A stretch of DNA of 64,000 bases from an uncultured delta proteobacterium (GTDB taxonomy: Bacteria; Desulfobacterota; RBG-13-43-22). Below, piece by piece: positions 29,649 to 39,452 of this stretch; within the stretch, counting starts at the first letter, position 1; each line of letters opens with the position of its first letter. The stretch is taken from NCBI GenBank assembly GCA_963790475.1, contig CAWBOS010000011.1:1-64000 (forward strand), given 5' to 3'. The translations under genes were made by a program, and so were the position numbers. The notes beneath the pieces are model-generated. The model saw only the letters and a list, made by a program, of their open reading frames with translations, was not told where the DNA came from and made no database searches.

Positions 29649-30500
29649 TCAAATAGGTTTAGCTAACTTTCGATAATAGCCGATGTAACGCCGGGCCAGG
29701 TGATCACGTCCCAACAATAAATCGGCGGCCAGGATAAAAGGTTTCATCAATTTTGCGTTGACGATGACGGAATTCAGTCCGGCTTGGACGGCCTGGGAGA
29801 GAAAGACCGCATTGATCACGGTTCGGCTGGGAAGCCCAAAGGATACATTGCTGGCCCCCAGCACCAGATTCAGTCCCCATTTTTCTCTGACCTTCCTCAT
29901 TGTTTCCAGGGTGATGATAGCGGCCAGGGGATTTATCGCACTGGATTCAGCCACACAATCGGCGAGGAGATCCTCAGCACCAATGCCCGCTGCCTGCGCC
30001 TTCTCCACAATGGTTGAGATTATCTTTACCCTTTTGGCCGCATCGCTCGGTATACCCGATGCGTCCGAAGCCAAGATGACTAAGGCGGTATGGTATTGCT
30101 TTACCAGGGGAAGGATCTGTTCCAGCACAGCCTCTTCACTCGTTACCGAGCTGATGATAGGTTTGCCGCACCCTATTTGTAAGGCTTTTTGCAGGGCAAC
30201 CGGGTTCCTGCTCTCCAGACAAAGGGGCACATCCACGGTCTCTATGACCGCTTTGGCGGCCAGAGGAAGCACCACGGTCTCGTCGATTCCGAAGGCAGCC
30301 GTGCTGACCATCAGGATATCGGCCCCGGCCTCCACCTGCTTTGAGGCCTCGACCCGAATAGGTTCCATATCCCCTGATTTCATGGCTTCCTTCAAGGGCC
30401 CCCGGCCAAAGGGGTTTATCCGTTCTCCGATCAGGATAACCGGCCGGTTATTTCCGATGAGGACTTCCCTGCCCTTGGGACTGATCACAACAGTTTCCAC
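29649..30500 (-). CDS. Methyltetrahydrofolate:corrinoid methyltransferase (pterin-binding, AcsE/MetH-like)
   Basis: IGERINP, QVEAGAD, GASNVSFGLP. Confidence 0.88.
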   Translation of the reverse strand: METVVISPKGREVLIGNNRPVILIGERINPFGRGPLKEAMKSGDMEPIRVEASKQVEAGADILMVSTAAFGIDETVVLPLAAKAVIETVDVPLCLESRNPVALQKALQIGCGKPIISSVTSEEAVLEQILPLVKQYHTALVILASDASGIPSDAAKRVKIISTIVEKAQAAGIGAEDLLADCVAESSAINPLAAIITLETMRKVREKWGLNLVLGASNVSFGLPSRTVINAVFLSQAVQAGLNSVIVNAKLMKPFILAADLLLGRDHLARRYIGYYRKLAKPI

Positions 30501-30551
30501 AATGTGCCCCTTGTTTTCTTTTATCCGCAATCCGAAATCGGCAATCGGAAA

Positions 30552-31802
30552 TTAATATTTCCCGTACTCTTTGGTAAATTCAAACATAGCCTTGACATTC
30601 TCCGGTCTGGCATCGTCAAGCCCGGTCGATGAATCCATAATAAAGCCCCCATCTTTTCCGACAACGTCTATCAGTTTTTGGCAGTAGGCCTTTACTTCTT
30701 CCGCTGTCCCGGTGGCCAGGAGGGAGAGAGGAACATTTCCTCGAAGACAAATGGTTTTACCAAGAATTTCTTTAGCCTTGAAGATGTCGGTGGCCTCGAA
30801 AGCATAGCAGGCCTTTCCCGGAGGAAGGTCTTTAATAATTTCAAGTCTGGAGGTACAGTTCCCTTCCCATAAAGGACAGGGGATTAATCCTTCCTTGATA
30901 AGGGCGGTCATAAGTTCGCGGAGAGTGGGCCAGAAAAATTTCTTGAATTGGTCCATAGACATAAAACCGTCCAATCCCTTATGAATCGGGATAAAAATCC
31001 TGGGGATGCCGGAGGCCCTGGCCGCGTTCACTCCCATCTCGATCATGAAAGGCAGTAATTTCTCACAGGCTTGAATAACCTTTTCCGGCCGGCGGTACAT
31101 GTCGAGCATCAAGCCCTTGGTCCCCCGAAAAAAATCACCCAGCGTGTCAAAGGGGGCCTGGGTCAGCCCGCCGACTTGGAGCGGGAAACCCTTGGCCCTG
31201 GCCTCCAGAACGAATCTACGAGAGTAGGATTGGATTTGAGCCGATTTTTCCCCGGCCTTCTTCAGCACCTCCAGGGCTTCGATCAATTCAGGAGAGCCGA
31301 AAGGGGCAAACCCATGAGGCGTTCCCATATAATAGGTGATGAAACCGTGGAGGGGAGAGAGTTTTTCAAAGGCCTTAAAGGCACCGTAAATACGAGGCCA
31401 GTATCTCCTGATCATAAAGTCGGTGGGATCGAGCAGGAAATGATCGTATTCCTCGGCCTTCATATACTCCCCTTCGACAAACTGATAGGTCAGATGAGGA
31501 GCCAGGCCGTGTCCGGGCCATTTCAACTGTTTGAAATCGAGAGTTTCCAGAAGAGGTCCGAGAAATCGCAACGGATAGGGATTATGGGCCATATCCATCT
31601 GGAAGTCGGTCAAGGTATTCCATTCGGCCTCCCACAATTTTTCCGGATCATACATCACCTCTTCAACGGTCAGGCCTGAATATCTGGCCGGGAAAAAACC
31701 GAAAAAAACCAGAATCGGAACGCGGTCCGGGGTTCGAAGGGCGATGGCATCAGCGACTCGTTTATCTCTTTCCAGGTAAAGATCTTCAGGTGTCTTACTC
31801 AT
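30552..31802 (-). CDS. Uroporphyrinogen-decarboxylase-fold (MtaA/CmuA-like) corrinoid methyltransferase
   Basis: PDRVP, APFD...FRG, FKKFFWPT, GNVP, GGFI motifs; adjacent to a corrinoid protein gene. Confidence 0.8.
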   Translation of the reverse strand: MSKTPEDLYLERDKRVADAIALRTPDRVPILVFFGFFPARYSGLTVEEVMYDPEKLWEAEWNTLTDFQMDMAHNPYPLRFLGPLLETLDFKQLKWPGHGLAPHLTYQFVEGEYMKAEEYDHFLLDPTDFMIRRYWPRIYGAFKAFEKLSPLHGFITYYMGTPHGFAPFGSPELIEALEVLKKAGEKSAQIQSYSRRFVLEARAKGFPLQVGGLTQAPFDTLGDFFRGTKGLMLDMYRRPEKVIQACEKLLPFMIEMGVNAARASGIPRIFIPIHKGLDGFMSMDQFKKFFWPTLRELMTALIKEGLIPCPLWEGNCTSRLEIIKDLPPGKACYAFEATDIFKAKEILGKTICLRGNVPLSLLATGTAEEVKAYCQKLIDVVGKDGGFIMDSSTGLDDARPENVKAMFEFTKEYGKY

Positions 31803-31804
31803 AA

Positions 31805-32434
31805 CTAAGCTCCAATCCATTGTCGACATAAATTAACCGCTGCTACGGCATCCTTGCCATAAGCATCCGCTTTAGCATATTTTCTTATTTCTTCATCCAT
31901 TTGACCCCCCCCAATCATGATCTTAAGGGAATCCCGTAGGCCCGCTTGTTCAAGGCCCTCCACCGTTTTTTTCATCGATTCGAAAGCCAGGGTGAGAAAC
32001 CCGCTCAAGCCCATGACCTGGGGTTTAAATTCCCTGGTCTTTTCGACAAATACCGAAACCGGCACATCGATACCGAGATCCAGGACCTCATACCCATTCA
32101 CATCCAGCATAAAGGTCACGATGTCTTTCCCGATATCGTGGATGTCCCCGGCCACGGTTCCGATGAGGACCTTGCCTTTTTTTACACCGATCTGTCTTGC
32201 TTCGAGAAAGGGTTTGACGATATCCGAGATGCCTTTTAAAATTTCTCCGGCCATGATGAGGTCGGGGATAAAGTACTCGCCTGTTTCAAAGCGTTTTCCG
32301 ACCACCTCCATGGCCGAACTGGCATCATCCAGAATATCCAGGGGGTTGGTTCCTCCCTTAATCAATTCATGGACCAGAGCGAGGGTTTCTTCTTCTTTCA
32401 GATCAGCCATCAGATTAACCAAATTTTGATTCAT
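31805..32434 (-). CDS. Corrinoid (B12-binding) protein
   Basis: GDIHDIGK (DxHxxG), SGFLT, MIGGG; helical cap domain at the N-terminus. Confidence 0.93.
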   Translation of the reverse strand: MNQNLVNLMADLKEEETLALVHELIKGGTNPLDILDDASSAMEVVGKRFETGEYFIPDLIMAGEILKGISDIVKPFLEARQIGVKKGKVLIGTVAGDIHDIGKDIVTFMLDVNGYEVLDLGIDVPVSVFVEKTREFKPQVMGLSGFLTLAFESMKKTVEGLEQAGLRDSLKIMIGGGQMDEEIRKYAKADAYGKDAVAAVNLCRQWIGA

Positions 32435-32783
32435 GAAATCCTCCTTGATAATAAGAAGTTCTGCAAAATCCATTTGGATAGCTCATTGGAGAAAAGGCCT
32501 TCAACGGGAAACGGGGGGAAAGGGTCACCAGGATGATTATTAAAAAATAGAAAGACGAACCCGTTTGTGATCTTCAAACAGAGGATGAATAAAAATAAAA
32601 TGGATGGATCGAAGGGGAGGGTTAGGCCATTGAGAAGGACAAAGTTTCTTTTTCCGTCTGTGCCTGAAAATCTTCTCATCGGATTTCAAACGAGAGATCC
32701 CTTAGGATGTTATCAGTCGATCTAGAGCGGAAGACAATGGAAAAGATTTTGAATGTTGTTCACCGGAAGTTAATAGGTGACCG

Positions 32784-32859
<76 letters not shown>

Positions 32860-33084
32860 ACAAATGGAGACTTAATCGTTTCTGAAAAATTTGTCAAGAA
32901 AAAAAACCCGGCACCGGGGAGGTAATGATTGTCTAAACATTACAAAATTTTGAATAATGGGATCCCGCAGCTAATAAGCCAGCCGTCTCATCTGATATCA
33001 ATGGATTTGAACCTACGGTCAGGCAATCCCGCCAAGGGGGGGACTGACCTATTTCGAGAAATAGCTGCTTTTTCCGGAAACACT

Positions 33085-33390
33085 CTAAGCCTTTTTTTCC
33101 GGATTCAGGCCTGAGGGGAATGAAATATCCAGAGAAAGCCCTTGACTCAGGTCAATCTCCGATTCTTTGGAAACACCCGGGGTTGGGGCCTTTATGGTCG
33201 CCTCCTTTTCAGACCCCCTTCCTTTTTGGGTTATACTCGACATCCGTTCCATGATTTCCTGCAAGGAAATCGGGTTTGGCCGTATCTCCGGAAGGTTCAG
33301 CCGTTGCCTTTCCCCGGTCAGATCGGTCCTGCATTTTACGCATTGATCCAGGTAGTCAAAACTGATATAGCCACAATTGGGACAGCGCAT
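33085..33390 (-). CDS. Small protein with an N-terminal zinc ribbon
   Basis: MRCPNCGYISFDYLDQCVKC; GGAGG RBS. Confidence 0.7.
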   Translation of the reverse strand: MRCPNCGYISFDYLDQCVKCRTDLTGERQRLNLPEIRPNPISLQEIMERMSSITQKGRGSEKEATIKAPTPGVSKESEIDLSQGLSLDISFPSGLNPEKKA

Positions 33391-33496
33391 AATTTCCTCC
33401 GTTTATTAAAGTTAAGATTCATTATACCTTTTTTTGTTTATTTATTTTTCACAATTTTTTAAACGTTCTTGAATTTCCGGGAGCAAGGAGCGCTAA

Positions 33497-33605
33497 GCTT
33501 GAGGACCATTTCATTTAAGGAGCGTTCGTCTCCGACAAACTTAAGGCCAAAAGCAGTTGCCTCTTCCCTCGAATCCCGCCTTTGGCGGTATGCTCCTTAA
33601 GCGAA
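33497..33605. repeat. Intergenic repeat family C, copy 2 (inverted)
   Basis: Reverse complement resembles 57781-57894. Confidence 0.7.
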
Positions 33606-33673
33606 CCGGCCAACATCGGGATTCTATAATTTGAATTCTGACTCCCCTGCTCCAATATTTCAAATAGGTTTGA

Positions 33674-34423
33674 CTAGGTTTTTGTTAATCCCAGGTCGCC
33701 CCATAAGAACTGTATCAGGCAGAGCAGCGCCAGGGCAGCGGTTTCTGATCGTAAGATTCTAGGCCCCAAAGAAATAGAGACAAACCCTTTATCCCGCGCC
33801 TGTCGGACTTCGTCTTTATGAAAACCCCCTTCAGGTCCAATTAAAGCCAAAAAAGTCCCTGAAGAGGTTGATTGCCGTTCAATGTCCTTCAAGGTCCGCG
33901 AAGATTCTTCTTCATAGGGCAGAATCTTGAGGGCCTGATGACTTTCTCCAAGAAGCCCGGCAAAAGGAACAGCGGGAAAAAGCTCAGGCAGAACATTTCG
34001 TTCACATTGTTTGGCGGCCTCCACCAGAATCCTTTGCCAACGCCTCATTCGGGATTCCATCTCCGTTTTTTCAAAATTTCGCCGGCTATGAAGGGAATAA
34101 TAAGGACGAAAGGCAACGGCTCCTAATTCCGTCCCTTTTTGTAGAATCCATTCAAAAGGCTGGGGACGGATCAATGGTAATCCCAGGGTTAACTGAATGG
34201 GGGATTCCCTCATGATCGTCTTCCGGTCTAAAATTTCAAAATAGACCTGGTCTCCAATGATAGAGGCGATCCGGGCCTGGTATTCCTGATTGGAATTATC
34301 AAAGAGGAGGACCTGGTCTCCGATCTTCATCCGCAGAACCCGTAAAAGATGTTTGGCTTCGTCCCCCCCAAGGTAAGGATCGGGTCCAAGAAGTTGTTCG
34401 GACGGAATAAAAAATCGACGCAT
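33674..34423 (-). CDS. rsmE: 16S rRNA m3U1498 methyltransferase
   Basis: HLLRVLR, QKGTELG, EAAKQC, IGPEGGF, LGPRILRSETA. Confidence 0.95.
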   Translation of the reverse strand: MRRFFIPSEQLLGPDPYLGGDEAKHLLRVLRMKIGDQVLLFDNSNQEYQARIASIIGDQVYFEILDRKTIMRESPIQLTLGLPLIRPQPFEWILQKGTELGAVAFRPYYSLHSRRNFEKTEMESRMRRWQRILVEAAKQCERNVLPELFPAVPFAGLLGESHQALKILPYEEESSRTLKDIERQSTSSGTFLALIGPEGGFHKDEVRQARDKGFVSISLGPRILRSETAALALLCLIQFLWGDLGLTKT

Positions 34424-34461
34424 CGGATTCTTTTTAACACTTTTGTAGTTTGAAAAGTGAG

Positions 34462-34631
34462 TTTTTCACCGCAAAGCGCACAGAAAATCTTTTTGTTCAA
34501 TCCCGTTAGAGGCGGGATTGAACAAACCAACTCTGGCTCACGGCCAAACAGTTTTCCGGAGGATAGCGAAGTTTTGTGTTTGCCGGCCTCTCACCGGCAA
34601 ACACAAATTTTCTTCTTTGCGCCCTTTGCGT
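34462..34631. repeat. Repeat family A, copy 2; its right tip (CCGCGGTGAAA) was displaced to 36234-36244 by the IS110 insertion
   Basis: Same hairpin order as 2392-2569. Confidence 0.8.
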
Positions 34632-36233
34632 CTGGTTTATTGTTGTCAAGAGTTTTTTAAATATTATTAAACAAACTGGTAACTATCTTAGAGTGACACC
34701 TTGCCCAACTCTGGTAATTTGAGAGTCTCAACAGAGCTCTAACCTTGCTTTATTGGGGTTAAGGTGCAAGCGGAGAGTTATTTAAGCTCTGCGAGAAGGT
34801 CGACTTAGTCGCCTTAGATGCCGCAAACGATAATCTCTCCGCTTACACGCTAAGAAGGTCTAAGCAGCCAGTTTTAACGTTGCTCCTTTTGAATAATTTT
34901 CCATATATTCGTTATGATCACGCACCAAGGCAAAAATAACACCGAGAAGCTTCCGGGCAATGGCTACCAGGGCCTTGATCTTGGGCATTCCTTGATCCAG
35001 ATGCCTTTGATAGGCCGTATGCATCACTCCCCCTTTTCGAACCGTATTGATAGCGGCAAAAAAGAGGATTTTCCTAAGAAGCGACCGGCCTCTTTTGGAT
35101 ATATGACGATTCCCTTGGTGCCTTCCAGAACTGATTTCAAAGAGGTTCAGTCCGGCCAACTTCAGGACTTCAGCCAGCGTATGAAATTTACGAAAATCCC
35201 CGACTTCTCCAATCAGTCCGGCGGTGGTAACCTCTCCTATCCCTTTCAAGGACAGAATCGAATGACTATAGGGGATCTCGGGAAGAAGGGCCGCCATCTC
35301 CTGTTCCGCCTTCTCAATAAACTGGTCAGAAGATTCAATCTCAGAAAGAAGTTCTCGTATCTCAAAAAGAATCGCCTTGCGGCCTTCTTGAAGACCTACG
35401 GAATGGCCAGCGGCCGCATAAAGGGCCGGGGCTCGCTCTTTATCCAGCTTCCCTCGGCTAACCCGTCTCAGCGTGGCCCTCAAGGTCCCAAGACCACATT
35501 GGATAATATCTTCCGGGCACGGATAATGCCGCAACAGATATTGGGCACTGCGGGTTTTAATATTCTTCATCACTTGCAGAAACTCGGGGAAGACAATAAA
35601 GACCAAATCCTGAATCTGGTTCAAAAGGCCCGTTCGTCTTCGTATGGCTCTCTCCCTGGCATGGGTCAGTCGGCGAAGTTCAGCTGCCGCGCCTTCGGGA
35701 ATGACCACGGTAAGGGCATGACCCAGCTCAATAATATCCGCAATGACTTTGGGATCTTTCCTATCCGTCTTATTGGGCGAGTTACCCTGGACTTCCTTCA
35801 ACTTCTTCGTATGCATAGGATTAACCTGAACCAGTGTCACCGGCCGTTTCATCAGAAAATGTTGCAAGGGTTCTCCATAAGACCCGGTGGATTCAAAACC
35901 AACCACGATTTCTTCCAAGTGATTGGCCTCTTTGGCCTCAACCATCCGATTCCAAAATTTCGTAAATCCTTGATCATTATTGAAAAACTCAAAAGGTTTG
36001 ATTTCCGTCCGGTCTGGACAGCGGCCATATCCCATATTGGTCGTTTTGCCTATGTCCACGGTACCGATAAGGGTTTTTTCATTGACCTTCTTAAGTTTTT
36101 TTGTTTCAATCTTATTCATGGCTATACTCCTTTCCTTGGTTTGGGTTTAACCAACTTGCAAATTGGACCTCAAATCAAGAAAGAGTATAGCCTTTTTTGT
36201 ACGGCTTAACTACTTTCTAAAATATAGCAAGCT
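34632..36233 (-). mobile_element. IS110-family insertion sequence, copy 2
   Basis: Same 1602-bp length, identical transposase translation and identical end sequences to copy 1. Confidence 0.92.
34860..36119 (-). CDS. IS110-family transposase/recombinase
   Basis: Identical 419-aa protein to 904-2163. Confidence 0.95.
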   Translation of the reverse strand: MNKIETKKLKKVNEKTLIGTVDIGKTTNMGYGRCPDRTEIKPFEFFNNDQGFTKFWNRMVEAKEANHLEEIVVGFESTGSYGEPLQHFLMKRPVTLVQVNPMHTKKLKEVQGNSPNKTDRKDPKVIADIIELGHALTVVIPEGAAAELRRLTHARERAIRRRTGLLNQIQDLVFIVFPEFLQVMKNIKTRSAQYLLRHYPCPEDIIQCGLGTLRATLRRVSRGKLDKERAPALYAAAGHSVGLQEGRKAILFEIRELLSEIESSDQFIEKAEQEMAALLPEIPYSHSILSLKGIGEVTTAGLIGEVGDFRKFHTLAEVLKLAGLNLFEISSGRHQGNRHISKRGRSLLRKILFFAAINTVRKGGVMHTAYQRHLDQGMPKIKALVAIARKLLGVIFALVRDHNEYMENYSKGATLKLAA

Positions 36234-36266
36234 CCGCGGTGAAACGTTTATACTGATACGATTCTT

Positions 36267-37181
36267 TTAATTATCCAGTTGTCTGAAGACAACACAGGCC
36301 CATTCTTCTTCAAGGACCAGAAGTTGAAGAGGTATCTTTTCCCGGGCATAAGCCCTGATCAAGGTCCTGGCCTGTGCGCCAAGAATCCCGGAGGTCACCA
36401 AAATCCCCTTGGGGGATAACAGCTTCTTGAAAATTCCGGCCAGAGGGATCAGGTCATTCAAAGTCAGGTTGGCCAGTATCAAGGAAAAGAGGCCGCTGAT
36501 AGTTTCCGGGGTAGCCAATTCCACCTGAATCCGGTTTTCCATTTTATTTATTTTTACATGGTCCCTGGCGGCTTCCACGGCCAGGGGATCATTATCAATA
36601 GCCAGCACCGACCGGGCCTGGAAACAAGCGGCTGCCAAGGCCAGGATCCCACTTCCCGTTCCCACATCCAGGACCCTGGAAAAAAGAAAGTCGGGCAGGT
36701 TTGGGTCTCCAGCCAAGGATTCCATGGCCTTCAAACAAAGGCGGGTGCTGGTATGCCCGCCCGTTCCGAAGGCCTGGCCCGGATCCAGTCTCAAAACAGT
36801 CTCACCTGGTTGGGGTTCATAGGCTTCCCAGGTAGGGCAGACAATGATTTTGGGGCTTACCCGCAGGGGTTTAAAAAAATGCTTCCAGTTTTCTTGCCAG
36901 TTCTCTTCAAATATCTGGCAAAGATCCCAGGCCGGGGGAGGAAAATCAGGGAAATAATAATATAGCGAGGCGATTCGAGTTTTTAGTTTAACCAGTTTGT
37001 TTCGGAAAGACTCATCCTTAGGCAAATAGGCCTTGAGCCGGGACGGTCCCTGACCTTCTTCCGGTCCCTCCTCGGTAAAAGAGCCCTGACCGGTTTCCTC
37101 AAATATGATTGAACTGCAGGTCTCGCACAACTGCGGAGAAACCGTTAGACAAATCTCGATCCAGGAAAGGGGGGTTGCCAT
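36267..37181 (-). CDS. prmA: Ribosomal protein L11 methyltransferase
   Basis: LDPGQAFGTGGHTSTRLC, VLDVGTGSGIL, DNDP. Confidence 0.95.
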   Translation of the reverse strand: MATPLSWIEICLTVSPQLCETCSSIIFEETGQGSFTEEGPEEGQGPSRLKAYLPKDESFRNKLVKLKTRIASLYYYFPDFPPPAWDLCQIFEENWQENWKHFFKPLRVSPKIIVCPTWEAYEPQPGETVLRLDPGQAFGTGGHTSTRLCLKAMESLAGDPNLPDFLFSRVLDVGTGSGILALAAACFQARSVLAIDNDPLAVEAARDHVKINKMENRIQVELATPETISGLFSLILANLTLNDLIPLAGIFKKLLSPKGILVTSGILGAQARTLIRAYAREKIPLQLLVLEEEWACVVFRQLDN

Positions 37182-37290
37182 TACCTTCGATCCATTTGAC
37201 AGAATAGATAATACGCTGTATTCTAATAAAATAAATTATTAAAATCAATTAGATTTCCATTTCAATCGATAAACCCCGAAGCGGCAGTTA

Positions 37291-38058
37291 ATGGAGAGGG
37301 CCAACATGCATCAGGACCGTTTAACAGAACTTTTAAATCAAGTCAAAAATGGAAAGGTGTCGGTGGATCAGGCCGTGAAAAAAATGAAGCATCTTCCTTT
37401 TGAAGATATCGATTTTGCCCGGATCGACCACCATCGTTCTTTGCGGAAAGGCTTCCCGGAAGTCATTTTCGGGGAAGGGAAAACGGACCGTCAGATCATA
37501 GAAATCATGGCCCGGATGAAAAAAAACAAAGACAATATCTTGGTTACCCGGCTGGATGCCCAGAAGGCGGCCAAAGTCCGCAGGCGATTCCCCGAGGCCG
37601 ACTATCATCCCCTTTCCAGGGTCCTGACCTGTCTTTCCAAACCGATTAAGACACAGGAAAGCCGCGGGCTGGTCCTGGTTATTTCAGCCGGTACCTCCGA
37701 TATGCCGGTGGCCGAGGAGGCCTTACTCACCGCCCAAATCATGGGCAATCCCGTGGAGTATTTGTATGACGTGGGGATTGCCGGATTGCACCGCCTGATG
37801 GCCAAACAAGAAAAGATCCTTTCGGCTTCGGTCTTGATCGTCGTGGCCGGGATGGAAGGGGCCCTGCCCAGTGTGGTCGGGGGGCTGGTGGACCGGCCGG
37901 TGATTGCCGTTCCCACCAGTATCGGCTACGGGGCCAGCTTTAACGGTCTGGCCGCCCTGCTGGGGATGCTCAATTCCTGCGCCTCGGGCGTGGCCGTGGT
38001 GAATATCGACAATGGGTTCGGGGCCGGCTACCTGGCCACTTTGATCAACAGGGCCTGA
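37291..38058 (+). CDS. larB: Nickel-pincer cofactor biosynthesis protein LarB (PurE-like)
   Basis: RKGFPEVIFGEGK, AGTSDMPVAEEA, VAGMEGAL, PTSIGYG, VVNIDNGFGA. Confidence 0.9.
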   Translation: MERANMHQDRLTELLNQVKNGKVSVDQAVKKMKHLPFEDIDFARIDHHRSLRKGFPEVIFGEGKTDRQIIEIMARMKKNKDNILVTRLDAQKAAKVRRRFPEADYHPLSRVLTCLSKPIKTQESRGLVLVISAGTSDMPVAEEALLTAQIMGNPVEYLYDVGIAGLHRLMAKQEKILSASVLIVVAGMEGALPSVVGGLVDRPVIAVPTSIGYGASFNGLAALLGMLNSCASGVAVVNIDNGFGAGYLATLINRA

Positions 38059-38455
38059 GAGAGACACTAGAATTCATAGCCATTGGATTGAATAGAATCT
38101 ACTTTTTAGAAAGTGTAATTTTAAGCCGGGTGGGTAGTTTTTGAAGGGGAGAAAATGCGTAAAACCAGTTGACTTTATGTTGATAACTTCGGGACAGGAG
38201 CGAATAAAAATATATATTGACATTCTGTTTTGAAAAGATAAGATTTATTCAGAAGATATTAATCGTGCGGTAAAAAAGCTTCAAAAGTCATCTCCGATCC
38301 CTGTTTTCCTTTTGATTCATTAAGCGGGATATCCCGTTTTGCAAAACGAAACTGGAAACTATATCAAGTCCAAAACCAACCATCTGCCAGGCAAAGGACA
38401 AAAAATTATTAACCAGAGAACAAAACCCCATTAAACGAAAGAAAGGAGACCGGAA

Positions 38456-39130
38456 ATGAAAAGGAAAATAATTTTTATTGTATTGGGTGTGATGTTGTTG
38501 CTGATCCCAGGGGCCTTATGGGCAGTCAATCAGCCCGGCGTGTCGCAAGACACCCCTGCCATCCTGGTATCCTTGGGCCAGGCAAACGCAATCCCCCTGG
38601 ATGATGCGGCGGCCGCCGCGGTGCGTGGCCAAGCAGGAACTGATTATGAATTGGTCAAGGTAATTGGGCTCAATATGCTTGACTTTGGCTCCGGCCAATA
38701 CGGCAAAGATGTTAAATGGACATGGAATCCCTTGGGTTATCGCTACGGATATTGGGGTGGACCAGGATGGAGTGGCTCGGGTACTGAATATGCAGACGCG
38801 ATGGACAATTTTTTCAGGACTCACGATTTGGTTTATGCGGACCCTACTAAGAGTACTGCGGATAAATTCGCTGCTGATAACGGGTTGCTTAACGCACTTC
38901 AATCCCTCCTCCCAACAACAAAAGTACCTTATTGGGGGTATATCTACATTTCATCTCCTACAGGATTGCCAGACTCATCCTCCGTCGTCAACGTATCAGG
39001 CCTCAGCTTGATAGGAGGCAAATTTTTCTTCGGTTGGAAACCCATGCCGTATACGGAGTATTCCCGCCGAGAGGCCGTGACTGGAATGCAACTCTTGATT
39101 GCCGGTAAGTCGATTCTTAGAATAAATTAA
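38456..39130 (+). CDS. Secreted protein with a phospholipase-A2-like motif set and a putative C39 pro-peptide
   Basis: Sec signal peptide, LDDAAAAAVRG, YGYWGGPGWSG loop, DAMD...HDLVY, downstream AAD..L; no Cys. Confidence 0.62.
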   Translation: MKRKIIFIVLGVMLLLIPGALWAVNQPGVSQDTPAILVSLGQANAIPLDDAAAAAVRGQAGTDYELVKVIGLNMLDFGSGQYGKDVKWTWNPLGYRYGYWGGPGWSGSGTEYADAMDNFFRTHDLVYADPTKSTADKFAADNGLLNALQSLLPTTKVPYWGYIYISSPTGLPDSSSVVNVSGLSLIGGKFFFGWKPMPYTEYSRREAVTGMQLLIAGKSILRIN

Positions 39131-39145
39131 AATTTATCCAATCAG

Positions 39146-39201
39146 CTTTCTCTGAATCCCACGGATTTGATTTTTTTAAGAACCTGCGGGATTCAGGGAA
39201 A
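39146..39201 (+). terminator. Hairpin downstream of the secreted-cargo gene
   Basis: TTTCTCTGAATCCCAC...GCGGGATTCAGGGAAA inverted repeat. Confidence 0.4.
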
Positions 39202-39306
39202 CAAAATTAAGGCACCAGGATCTACCTAACCCGGACAAGCCGGAACCATATTTGAAATATTGTAACATTTGGTGGATTCGTAAAAAGTCACCGAAAGCCT
39301 ATTTTC

Positions 39307-39385
39307 GTCATTCCCTTGAAAAAGGGAATCCAGTGTTTTTAATAAGTTGAGAATAGCCTGGATTCCCGCCTCCGCGGGAATGACG
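39307..39385. repeat. Palindromic repeat family B, copy 2
   Basis: CGTCATTCCC..GGGAATCCAG...CTGGATTCCCGC..GCGGGAATGACG. Confidence 0.75.
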
Positions 39386-39452
39386 ACGAAATATTCTATC
39401 CAATTTGAGTAGAATTCTATTCCTAAGTTACTAATAACCAGTCAGGCCCGGT

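Noticed and set aside
29758-30555. Long alternative-frame ORFs (e.g. 29758-30555, 52489-53319, 58878-59741, 2662-3306)
   Set aside because: Antisense shadows of well-supported genes, with no motifs or RBS.
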